From contig NC_043000.1 of NCBI RefSeq assembly GCF_006345805.1, forward strand, positions 8,928,001 through 8,992,000: a DNA stretch of 64,000 nt, in the 5' to 3' direction. Of the stretch, positions 53,364-64,000 are shown piece by piece; position 1 is the first letter of the stretch, and the number at the start of each line of letters is the position of its first letter. The stretch comes from Octopus sinensis (Eukaryota). The position numbers were made by a program, and so were the translations under genes. The notes under the pieces were generated by a model. It was not told the DNA's origin, ran no database searches, and worked only from the letters and a program-made list of their open reading frames with translations.

Positions 53364-54877
53364 TAACCATCCATTATAACAATAATAATAATAATAGCAA
53401 TCTTTTCTAATAATTATAATATTCATCTCCAAGAAAATTCCATTTTATCAACAACTATGTATGCAGTTGTTGATGTCATTAGCTGTGTTAAACTGAGAGA
53501 AAGGTGTTATTTGGACAATTAAGTACTTGTTGGTATGGGTGGTGGTGGTGGTGGTAGTAGTAGACATGATGAAGTGGAAGAAGGGTGCTGAAGATATTAC
53601 AGTATTGTCGCTAGTAGTAGTGGTGGCGGCAGTAGTTGTAATAAATTAGAAGGCAGAGGTGGGGAGAGATGTTGTTGTTTAACACTACTAAGTAGACTTT
53701 TGATCAAAGGCATTCCAGCTATGGCCATCCTGCCCCTTTTTGCCCCCCACAACCCACCCCAAGATTTAGGACTATTTGCTCAATGTGTTTTTTTTTTATA
53801 AGATTGCTGGGTGTAATTAAAGGTAAATTTTGCTGCTATTTCTAGCAGGCAATCAACAACATAAAGATATCTTTATTTGTTGTTGTTGTTGCTAGTGATG
53901 ACAATTGAGGAGTGGGAGAATGATTGTTGAGAACATTCTAGTATTGTATGTTGTCAGTGGTTGTTGTTTAACCACAGGTCTGCCTTGGTTGAAAAGACCT
54001 ATGATCAAAGGTGTTCTAGCATGAATGTCTTTTCATATATAAGGATCAAAGGGTGTGATTAAAGGGAATGATGCTTACTATTTCTAGCTCGTCAAGTACC
54101 CACATAGAAGCACCCTCATTTGCTCAATATAGGGCCCCCAACCTTCTTGATAGCCCTTGTCATGATGGAAGGGATGTGTTGAGTTGAAGATCAGGGACAA
54201 TAAATGTTTTGTTATAAAAGTCGCTTCCAAATTATTAATTCTTAAACTAATTTAAGAAAAAATAAATAAATAAAAGCCCTCTGGGAAAAACAAAATATGA
54301 ATAAAAAATATGTAATTAAAATGTCATTTGTATTCTAATTAGTCTTATTAAGGATTTCCTCCTTTTTGGCTCATCTATTTTATTACTTTCTAATGTTTAA
54401 AATAAGAGTTTAGTGGTAAAATAGACGTGAGATTTGTGCAAATATATGTTGCAATTTCAGTTAATTAAAATTTCTGTGATTAAGCTCATTTAAAAAAAAA
54501 TATTGTGTCGCCCTTCTTTTATGAAGTAAAATGGTGGGGGAGGTTAAGGGAAACTTGACTGCTTTTTCTAGCATGCTGGACAACCTCATAGATTGCCTTC
54601 ATTGGCTTGTAGAAGCTTTTGCAGTTACTGATTGTACATATATATGTATATATATATATATATATATGCACACATAAATATATATGTGTGTTTGTGATGC
54701 ATTATAATTGTTTTCATTTCTGAAAACCAGAATTTTTAAAAAATTAAAATCAAAATATAAAATAAAACATTTAAACCAATTTCCCCAAGAATTTACATAA
54801 AAGATTGCATTATGTGAAAATTTTTTTTGTCTCCTTCTGACCGAAGTAAAATGAAAAACAAAGCACAGTTGTTATTG

Positions 54878-54914
<37 letters not shown>

Positions 54915-54957
54915 GTGTGTGTGCGTGTGTGTGTGTGTGCGTGTGTGTGTGCGTGTG

Positions 54958-54992
<35 letters not shown>

Positions 54993-55145
54993 TGTGTGTG
55001 TGTGTGCGTGTGTGTGTGTGTGTGTGTGCGTGTGTGTGTCATCTGTTCTTTCCTTTTGAAAACCAGATTTAATTTAGAAAACCAAAAAAAAAAAAAATGT
55101 TTCTTTTTTAAATCCAAGAATTTCTTTTAGCAAATTACACAAAGA

Positions 55146-55271
55146 TTATGAAATATGAGAAATGTCCCCATGTCCTTCCACTTGAAGTAATAGCATTTCA
55201 CTTCTCTTTAATTTGGCACGCTGATGGGCAATCTGTGACTTGAATGCACGTACAAGATGGATTAGGAAAAA
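55146..55271 (-). CDS. TspanC8-type tetraspanin, last coding exon
   Basis: Acceptor TTCTTCATTCCAG, phase 0; FFLIHLVRAFKSQIAHQRAKLKRSEMLLLQVEGHGDISHIS*; completes TM4 and has a QI..QRAK tail. Confidence 0.8.
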   Translation of the reverse strand, partial: FFLIHLVRAFKSQIAHQRAKLKRSEMLLLQVEGHGDISHIS

Positions 55272-55392
55272 CTGGAATGAAGAAACAAATAAATAATGAG
55301 AAACTGAATGAAAATAATTCATTTTTCTTTTTAAATAATACCATCAGGAAGGAAGCAGAAAAGCAAAAAAATGAAAAAAACCTCCAGAAAAC

Positions 55393-55595
55393 AGCAGCGA
55401 GCTGGCGGAAACGTTAGCACACTGGGCTTAGCAGTATTTTGTCTGCTGTTAAGGTTCTGAGTTCAAATTCGGCTGAGGTCGACTTTGCCTTTCATCCTTT
55501 CGAGGTCAATAAATTAAGTACCAGTTGCTTAATCCGTTTGTCTGTTATTGTTTGTCCCCTCTGTGTGTAGCCCGTTGTGGGCAGTAAAGAAATAA
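55393..55595 (+). mobile_element. SINE family A, antisense to the tetraspanin, in the last intron
   Basis: Family A head and core; opposite-orientation copy at 55745-55933. Confidence 0.88.
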
Positions 55596-56233
55596 GAAAA
55601 CAGCGTTACTTGGCAGTGCAAGAAGTCTTACAAAGTCATTGAGACTTGAAAAGAACAGACAAATTTAGTTCATAGTAAGTGAACAACTGGTACGTGAATG
55701 ACATCTCTCGCAGCAAGCTGAGCATGTTCGATGCAACAATAATTCTTTCTACTATAGGCACAAGGCCTGAATTTTTGAGCGAAGATAGTCAAACACATTG
55801 AAATCAGTGATCAACAGCTACTTATTTCATTGACTCCAGAGGGATGAAAGGCAAAGCTGATCTGGGCAGAATTTGAACTCAGAACATAAAACATTTTGTC
55901 TGGCATGCTAACAATTCTGCCACCTCACCACCTAAATGATGGACTCTCCCATCAAAGATGAGATCTGAATGTGCAGCTTTTTGCCAAGTGGCCTACACAA
56001 ATGATTTGTTTATAGTGTTTGAATATTTGTGCTGCACATTTGCTCACTCTCTCCACCAAATCAATGTTGTCTAAACAGGTGTGTGGTGTACCATGCATCA
56101 GGTGTCAACAATGGGAGATGAAGTGCATTGCTCAAGAATACAATGTACCACCCAGTCTAGGAACTGAAATCATGATCACTGGATCATAAGCACAACACCC
56201 TAACCAGCAGGTCAGGCACCCTCAATAAAAGTG

Positions 56234-56274
<41 letters not shown>

Positions 56275-57615
56275 TTGGTCTGCGATAAGAACAAGGCCTG
56301 AAAGTTTGTCGGGAGGGGCATAATCAATTACATTGACCCCAGGGCTCAACTAGATCTTCTTTAATCAACCTTGAAGACATGAAAGGCAAAGTCAAATTTG
56401 GCAAAATTTGAGTTCGTAAAGTGAAGTCTAATGTTAATACTGCTAAGCATTTTGTCTGACACAACAGCAATTTTGCCAGCTCACCACCTTGTTGTTGATG
56501 ATGATTTCATCTATTTGCCACCAGGGTGAAAGATGAAGGAGACAATACAAAGATAGACACAAAGTGGTATTTGTTACATCGTTGTCATCATTTATTATCC
56601 ATGTTCCAATGCTGGCCTGGATTGGAGGATTTGACAGGATCTGATAGGTCATCATGCCCCAGTGTCTGCTTTGGCATGGTTTCAACAGCTGATGCCATTC
56701 CGAAAACCAACCACTTTACAGTGGCGCCAATCATTTTACAAGTTCAAATTATTTCCCCCCAAATCAATAAAGTTTAAATACTGAGGTTCGTGTAATAGCC
56801 GTCTCCCAGATGATGTTCAACTGGGTACAGTTTAATGATACTGAATCTAGCAAAAGACTGCAGAATACAACGGGCATTCACTTCACATACAAACATAGAC
56901 ATGTCTGAGTAGTAAGACACACAACCAGATTATTCTGCAGAAAATGTGTGGGTAGCGAGGTAGTAGTAGATGTCTTGGAATAAAATGCATGCAACAAAGT
57001 AAACTCAAGAAGAATGGTTGTATAGTTAAGAAATTCATTTCACAAGAATGTGACTCAGGTTCAGTCCCACTGTGTGGCATCTTGGACAAGCATCTTAGCC
57101 TTTGGTTAACCAATGCCTTGTGAATAAATATGATAGATCAAAACTGAACAAAGACAGTTGTGTGTGTGTGTGTGTGGGCATGTGCGCATCTGCTAGCATA
57201 CATGTGTTTGAACATTTACATTATGTACTTTGCATGAAAATACATGAGCTACAGATGATGACATCTGCTAGGATTACTTTGTTGATAAATCTTCTGACAG
57301 CTCTGCACTTTTGAAGAAAAACAGAATCAAAACTTCCTTGCTTGAAAAACAGATCATAGATTAGCAACTGGAAGGGGCACCAGGCATTCACCCATTAAAA
57401 GTTGCTTTCTTGAGCCATACTGACTCATAATGGCCAGTTTCCCAGTTTCATGGTATATATATATTCCCCAGCTGGATAGGATGCCAGTCTGTTTCAGGGT
57501 GACTCATTTTTGCCAGCTGAGTGGACTGGAGGAACGTGAAATGAAGTGTTTTGCTCAAGAACATGTGTCACTCAATCCAACAGCCTAACCAGTAAGCCAT
57601 GCACTTCCAGTTTCC

Positions 57616-57827
57616 CCCTTTAGTATTGAAACCAAGACATATCCAGACCAAATAACCTACCTGTCTTATAAACAAATCAGCCAGGTCTGGCCTCTCACAC
57701 CTACCCTATAATGTCATTCTAAAAATAAACCACATCAACGTCTTGAACCCACAAGATAACGCACGATAAATTCAAAATTGTGAATAAATAAACTTACATC
57801 TGATAGCGTAATCTGAATGTTAAAGGG
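57616..57827. mobile_element. piggyBac-like MITE (CCCTTTA..TAAAGGG)
   Basis: Terminal inverted repeats; reverse-orientation relative at 59699-60363 ends AAAGGG|TTAA. Confidence 0.7.
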
Positions 57828-57976
57828 TAAAAACAAAGCCTCAACAATACAAATTAATGAAACCCATGCAAGAAGCCTGGTAAAACAGATGTGAAAAGGA
57901 ATGAACAAAACCATGACCAAATTATAGATAATTATGTGTGTATGTCAATTAGCAGGTAACAATGGATAGTTGTTAC

Positions 57977-58096
57977 CTGTGGGACGAGAATTCCAAGTAT
58001 GATGCCACCTAGTTTTAGCATGTTATTTGTTATCCACATTCTGATTGCATACTGGCATCCTCTGGTGTTGATAGCAGAACCAAATTTACTAAACAT
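57977..58096 (-). CDS. TspanC8-type tetraspanin exon (end of large loop, start of TM4)
   Basis: TTTTTCCAG|120 nt|GTAACA; MFSKFGSAINTRGCQYAIRMWITNNMLKLGGIILGILVPQ (GC motif, W..N, PQ). Confidence 0.92.
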
Positions 58097-58300
58097 CTGG
58101 AAAAACAGAAAAAAAAAAAAATTCTTATTAGTTATTTCATCAATAAAATATACTACAACTATAATCTCATGGGTTTATTTGTGAATTATCCAGGACCCTT
58201 TTGACGCAAACCATCCACTATATAGAGTGCACACATATATGGTGTTTATGGCTAAGATGAAAGCGTTGTATATAGACACCTTATCTATTTATCTATATAA

Positions 58301-58335
<35 letters not shown>

Positions 58336-58708
58336 CTAGCAGTATCGCCCGGCGTTTCTCAGGTTTGTAAGGGAAATAACTATAAAGCATTTTTAGAGAG
58401 TTATAGCAAAAAAATGGGGGAAAAATGATGGTAAATTTTTTTTGAGAGTTAAAAAGGTGGAGTTGCGTCCCCTAGACGGTCTGTGGTTTGGGTTTCTGAT
58501 TCTCGACCCCATGTCGAATTTATCGATCTTTTTCAGAACTGGGGGAACTTTTCAAAATTTTCGCTGCGTTAGTTTTGAATTATGACATTGGGCTATGTGT
58601 GTGTCAAGTTTCATCAGAATCGGTTGAAAGCCGTGGTCAGAGTGAGGGTACGAGAAAACAGACACACAGAAACACGCACAGACAAACTGCCGTTTATATA
58701 GAGAGAGA
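58336..58708 (-). mobile_element. Non-autonomous Helitron
   Basis: Same CTAG end and hairpin as 18108-18502; A|TCTCTCTCTATATAAA start on the minus strand. Confidence 0.82.
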
Positions 58709-59431
58709 TAATCACACACATATATATATGTGTATTTACAAAATGTTGTTGCATTCCAAAAGGTTGCATTATTATTTAGTTTTAAATTTGATGGTGATGT
58801 TCATTGTCTGGAAATCTTTCATCACCCATCCATGACCTCCTCTTCAACATCTTTTCCTCACACATGCATCCTCTCGTTCTGTTTAGTCCATTCTGTCTTC
58901 CTATGATGTGCATCTTTATCTGCACATGTGTTTGCTGCAAGTTTTAGCCAGTTTTATTGTTCATATTTAAAACATCACAGCTCTCTTAAGTATGGTCTAT
59001 GGTATATCGTGGCACCCTAATCAGAAACTACAGCTATAGAGAGACAACGAGGATTTTTAAATGAAAGTATTTCGTTTGTGTATCCAGCTGAAATAATCAT
59101 CTTGAATTGCTTTTGCTTTTTAAAGAACAAAAGTTGAAACTTTATCCTGCTATAACTAAGAAAAAAACAGCTCAAGTATAAAAAATATGTAAAAACAGAA
59201 CACAATTCTAAAAATTAAAGAAAGACAAAATTTAAAAGTACCTAAAAACAAACATATTCTAAAAACAATTCAAGAAGTTTTTTCACAAGAGAAATGTAAT
59301 TAAAAACTATTCAAAAACAATGTAATTAGAATCAAAAAGGAAAATAAGCAATTTTCAAGAATTTAAACAACAACAATCAAAACAATTTTCAAAAATGAAT
59401 TAAAAACAAAATACAATTCTAAAGAACTCAC

Positions 59432-59482
59432 ATTGTCATCTAACATTTTGTTGCCACATTTTAAATTTATGAGACCATTTTC
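59432..59482 (-). CDS. TspanC8-type tetraspanin 51-nt exon
   Basis: TATTCTCAG|ENGLINLKCGNKMLDDN|GTGAGT, phase 0/0; supplies the N..CG cysteine. Confidence 0.88.
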
Positions 59483-59705
59483 CTGAGAATATACAGAAAG
59501 ACATTAAGACATCAGTTTAAAATAAATAAATAAATAAAAATAAAAAATGCATGTAATTAAAAACTATATCTTAGTATAATTAAAATTATTTGTTTCTGTG
59601 CAAATTGTTAGATTTTCATTTTTATCTATTTATTTTTCTGGTTGTAATGAAATTTGAAATCATGGCCATAATTTACATTTGTCATAAAATTAACTCACAA
59701 ACCCT

Positions 59706-60148
59706 TTAGTTAGTTAGTTAGTTAGTTAGTTAATTTGGCTCAAAAGCAAATAGCAAGGCCATGTAGGGGGACATGGAGTTAAGTACAGGGTGGTGTTCAT
59801 GTAAGGAGTTCAGGCCACTTGAGGTCAAGGGAGGCTTTGAACAAAGCGGTCGTCGGCATCTTCACCATCTCGTCTGGCAGCTTGTTCCACGGATCCGCAA
59901 CCCGGACGGAGAAAGCTCCTCTCCTTCGATTGAGATGAAATCGTCGCAGGTAGAGCTTTCCGGAATGACCCCGCAGCCGACGCTCTGGAGCAGGAGTGAA
60001 GAACAGCTCTTTCGAGAGGTTACACTTTCCGCTTATGATGTTGTGGGCGAGAATGAGATCACCACGGCGGCGGCGTTTTTCAAGAGAATAAAGATCGAGC
60101 GTCCTTAGCCTTTCTTCGTAGGACAAATTTTTGAGACCATGAACCATG
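59706..60148 (-). mobile_element. 5'-truncated CR1-type LINE, same subfamily as 19353-20281
   Basis: ORF 59797..60147 nearly identical to 19850-20194; (AACT)n tail. Confidence 0.95.
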
Positions 60149-60469
60149 TTTGCATTATTCTACCAAAATTAATGCTTTTTCATCCACTTTGTTTTGAACT
60201 AATCATACATTATCTTGTAGCTATGAGATTTTGATGAGTTGGCTGTTAATTTTTAAAACGACATTGTAGGATTGGTGTGAGAGACCAGATCTGGCCAGTT
60301 TGAACATAAAACAGGCAGAATACTTTTGGCCGGATATGGCCAGTTTAAATGCTAAAGGGTTAAACTTCTGTAATGCTTTCTCAACTGGAACAATAGAATA
60401 ATTGCAGGATCAATATCTTGATCCTGTGAGAATCTAGATTTTTAGAAAATGCAATTGGTCCAGTATTAA

Positions 60470-60972
60470 CTATTTTGGCTACCATATTTCTGTTAAAATA
60501 CACAGCCTTTGTGTCAATTAATTTTGAAAATAATGAAGAATTTATTAAAATACATTTGTCATTATTAAGCTGGTACTTCCAACATAAATCAACATGAAAT
60601 TTCGATGGGAGACCTTAATTTAGATCACTTTCATGCAGGGAAGTGTACATGACTTTCAGAAACATTTTTTCACGCTAAGAGTTGCTGAAATATAGAACAA
60701 ACTGCCAGCATCAGTTGTTAGTTGTCGGAGCACTGCATCCTTCAAAACTTCCATGCTTCCTGAGATTCGCCAACACTACACCTGATTTTCTCCCCTCCAT
60801 ACACACGCAAGCATGTATCTGACTCATACACTGTTCACTTTCAAGACATTTGTACATTACTGCATATGCTTTATATGCTCTTGTGACAAGTTGTGGTGCA
60901 CCTGAGCACTGTATACAATAATTTCATTATTATTATTATTTTTAATAGATATAGGGATAGCTATCAAAAGAG
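60470..60972. mobile_element. TTAA-flanked MITE carrying a nested CR1-like 3' fragment (~60647-60940, +)
   Basis: TTAA|CTATTTTG..CAAAAGAG|TTAA; insert reads RKHFFTLRVAEI*NKLPASVV..SFK with an (ATT)n tail. Confidence 0.65.
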
Positions 60973-61724
60973 TTAACTATATCACATGGATCTGGATGAA
61001 ATTTGCTGATAACGGTCATTGGTGTATATTCTCAATGAAGTATTACCAGTTGTTGATTTTTACCCATTGTCATATAACTTTCACTTGCTCATATAGGGTG
61101 AATAATATTTAGATGATTACAAAATAAGTGAATGTTGAGCATTGATTTTCACATTAAATCATCAATAGATAAATAATAAATAATATCACCAAATTCTAAC
61201 ACACTGCTCAAGGTATTAACAGTTAGGCTCAAAAACTGAAAGAAGGAAAAAGTCTACAGAATTTTTTACTTGATAAAACACAAAAACTAAACAATCAGGA
61301 AGTCCTTTGCCAGAAAGTTCATTTTCAAACAAGGCTAAAATTGGTTTCTCGCACAGAAGAGTGCTTAGTTCCAGTTTTGGACTCTCAAAATAGCAACACC
61401 ATTTGAAATACTTTCATGCAGTTGAAGATTTGACAACAGGTGCCGATACCTGCAATATGGTACTTTAGGAGTTAAATGCCCTTAAAAACGGAATAAACAT
61501 CACCACTTTGCCTATTTCCTTTTCACTATAAATCAGTGGATGCACTTCAACGTTTGTAAAAATTATAAAAAAATAAAAAGTAGACAAGACCTGGTGTTGG
61601 TCTCTTAGAATTGATGTCATTTTCTTGAATTCCAACACAACTCTTTAAAGGGAGCTAATCAAGAAACGCCAAATTAAGGAACCTTAAGATAGTCAATAAG
61701 ATCTATAGAAATAACAGCCAAATC

Positions 61725-61970
61725 ATCATCATCGTTTAACGTCTGCTTTCCATGCTAGCATGGGTTGGACGGTTCGACCAGGGTCTGAGAAGCCAAAAGT
61801 CTGCACCAGGCTCCAGTCTGATCTGGCAGTGTTTCTACAGCTGGATGCCCTTCCTAACGCCAACCACTCCGTGAGTGTAGTGGGTGCTTTTTACATGCCA
61901 CCGGCACAGGTGGCAGGTGAGGCTGGCAACGGCCATAATCAGTTGGTGCTTTTTACGTACCACCGGCACG
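61725..61970 (-). mobile_element. 3' tip of the RTE-type family
   Basis: Shares GGATGCCCTT..GCCAACCACTCCG..GCCACCGGCAC with 48717-48800; (GAT)n tail on the minus strand. Confidence 0.75.
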
Positions 61971-62359
61971 GATATGTGCCACCGATCTTTCAAATTACAC
62001 TATGTTGTCATTAAAAAAGGATGGCTACATTAGATTATATCGTCCTGGAAACACGATATCAAGAGAATAAACATAGCCAGAAAATCATTGATAACAACTT
62101 TATGGCTTTGTGTGATGGATTGTGTAATGAAGCTTTTTGCTAGGCAGGATTACGCCAACATGTCATCGAGCTGTTTGATCAGGACCAACCTCAGGTAACA
62201 ACAATTGGCTAAATTAAAAACAACAAACGATGTGTGTGTGTGAACACGTATGCATAAACATAGATATAGGAATGAACAGAAAAGTACGTCAAAGGCAAAA
62301 ACAGAAACACAAGGAGGCAAATAATCTCCGTGAATGAAAAAAGGCAAATGTTTACATAC

Positions 62360-62494
62360 CTTCTTCTTGCAACATGAAAAGGGTACAGAACATTTCTCTG
62401 GGCTGGTATTATTGGCACTACAGGTGAAGTACATGTTACTGTTCCAATCTTTGTAACCAGTGTTTGGATCATCATTCATGCCACAGCATTCCAG
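62360..62494 (-). CDS. TspanC8-type tetraspanin exon (CCG motif)
   Basis: TCTCTTTCATCAG|LECCGMNDDPNTGYKDWNSNMYFTCSANNTSPEKCSVPFSCCKKK|GTATGT, 135 nt; CCG, DW..N.YF.C and C.VPFSCC are typical of Tspan5/14/17/33-type proteins. Confidence 0.95.
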
Positions 62495-62589
62495 CTGATG
62501 AAAGAGAATGTTAATTAAAAATGTACTGTAGGTGGTAGAAATACTTGCAATAGCAAGCATAAAGCATGCAATTGGACAATATATTAGCT

Positions 62590-62797
62590 TTAAATTTTGG
62601 CACTAGGCCAGCAAGTTGAAGGGAGAGGGCAAGGTGATTATCAACCTTAGTGCTCAACTGGTATTTTTTTTATTGACCCTGAAAGGAGGAAAGACAAAGT
62701 CAACCTCAACAGAATGTGAACTCAGAATATAAAGACAGACTAAAAACTGCTGAGCATTTGGCCCAGTGTGATAACAATTCTACCAGCTTACAGCTTT
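62590..62797 (-). mobile_element. SINE family A, CpG-depleted
   Basis: AAAGTCAACCTCAACAGAATGTGAACTCAG versus intact AAAGTCGACCTCGGCGGAATTTGAACTCAG. Confidence 0.8.
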
Positions 62798-62981
62798 GAT
62801 TGGACAATATATTGAAAGCAAATAAGAGATATCCCTATTTTACAACACCAAAAACCAAGTTATAGCTCTCCCTCAATGGAACACAAAATATCATTATAGA
62901 AAATAGTTTATTATAAAGCAATGTTTTTAACAACTGCTACATCTATACTGAAACAGGTTTACACAGACAATAACTGTTGTA

Positions 62982-63833
62982 TGAGGTGGTATCAAAAAGT
63001 TCCTGGACAAGTTCTGTAGTGCACCAACAGATGGCAGCACATGGTTGTATGAGCAGTGAGAGCTGGCAGTGACCTTCATGAGGAAGTGTGCTGAGTCACA
63101 TTGCTGTTTACTTTGCAAGTTGTGAAATCTATGTTTTAGTGATCACGTGTATGTTGTAGTCTGTGATTTTGTCATGAACATCAGAAGAGAACTGGTAAAA
63201 CAAAGAACCAGTGTGAAATTTTGTGTTAAACTTGGGGAGTCTGCTACAGAGACACTGAGCATGCTTTGGCAAGCTTACAAAGACGGGGCAATGGGTCGTA
63301 TGCAATGTTTCAAGTGACACTGGTGCTTCAAAAGCAGAAGAACATCCCTCGAAGACGACGAACAATCTCAAAGACCTGCCACAAGCTTAACCCCAGAAAT
63401 AAGATATTGTGCATCAAGAATTTCTCTCCCAGAGCCAAACCATCAATTGGGAGTTCTACTGCAATGTTTTGAAGCATTTGAGAGAAGACGTTTGGCAAAA
63501 GCAACTGGATGTATGGAGCGCAAAGAATTGAATTCTTCACAATGCCAATACATTCTGTCACTGAGTTCTCCTCACTTGTGAGTTTCTCGCCAAAAACAGT
63601 ACAGTATCTCTACACACCCATCCTATTCCCCAGATTTAGCGCCTGTGGACTTCCATCTCTTCTCACTTACAAGGACTTGCTTACAGAAAATGATTTCCAA
63701 GCCAGATTCCAAAAGTGATAGGAACACTGGGACTGGTGTATTGCTGTTCAAGGTGACTGTTTCAATGGAAATGATGTTAAAACTTGGGTAAATAAGTTAT
63801 TTTTTATTAAACAGAACTGGTCTGGAAACTTTA
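62982..63833 (+). mobile_element. Degenerate, internally deleted mariner
   Basis: KQRTSVKFCVKLGESATETLSML..F..RTSLEDDEQS.RP N-terminus and HPSYSPDLAPVDF; decayed TIRs. Confidence 0.85.
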
Positions 63834-63994
63834 GGAAGCAAGTGAGTGAATAATAGAAAAATGATAGAGGGTAGGGGGGGAGAGATGAAAAAGAGGAAGA
63901 GAGAATAAGGATAGTAAGAGAAAGAAATAGAGAGAAAAAAAGAGAGAATGAGACGGAAAGAGAGAGAGAGAGAGAGAGAGAAAATGGAACTTAC

Positions 63995-64000
63995 CTTCTG
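63995..64000 (-). CDS. 3' end of the upstream tetraspanin exon (truncated by window)
   Basis: CAGAAG|GTAAGT consensus donor, phase 0, giving ..QK|LECCG as expected before the CCG motif. Confidence 0.7.

Overview
AT-rich, microsatellite-saturated animal genomic DNA. The SINE families, (TA)n/(AAT)n/(CATA)n/(GATA)n tracts and retroelement content suggest an Octopus genome (inference). Almost all ORFs in the supplied track are microsatellite artefacts or transposon remnants. The one supportable host gene is the 3' half of a minus-strand tetraspanin with 8 cysteines in its large extracellular loop (TspanC8 type). I rebuilt it by hand from five in-frame GT-AG exons: 63995-64000 (partial), 62360-62494, 59432-59482, 57977-58096 and 55146-55271. 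The rest is mobile DNA: three or more tRNA-derived SINE families, an R4/Dong-type LINE in (TAA)n, CR1- and RTE-type LINE fragments, a hAT remnant, several Tc1/mariner elements (including a DD41D copy), three non-autonomous Helitrons, TTAA-type MITEs and three Penelope-like GIY-YIG remnants. The most striking hidden signal is a set of seven type-I hammerhead ribozyme motifs: two with canonical cores (40557-40647, 40978-41036), one core variant (35515-35641) and four decayed. They lie near the 3' ends of Penelope-like elements or in short non-coding units embedded in TA-rich microsatellites, suggesting a Penelope/retrozyme-like system. Repeat boundaries were read by eye and are approximate; no searches or folding programs were run.
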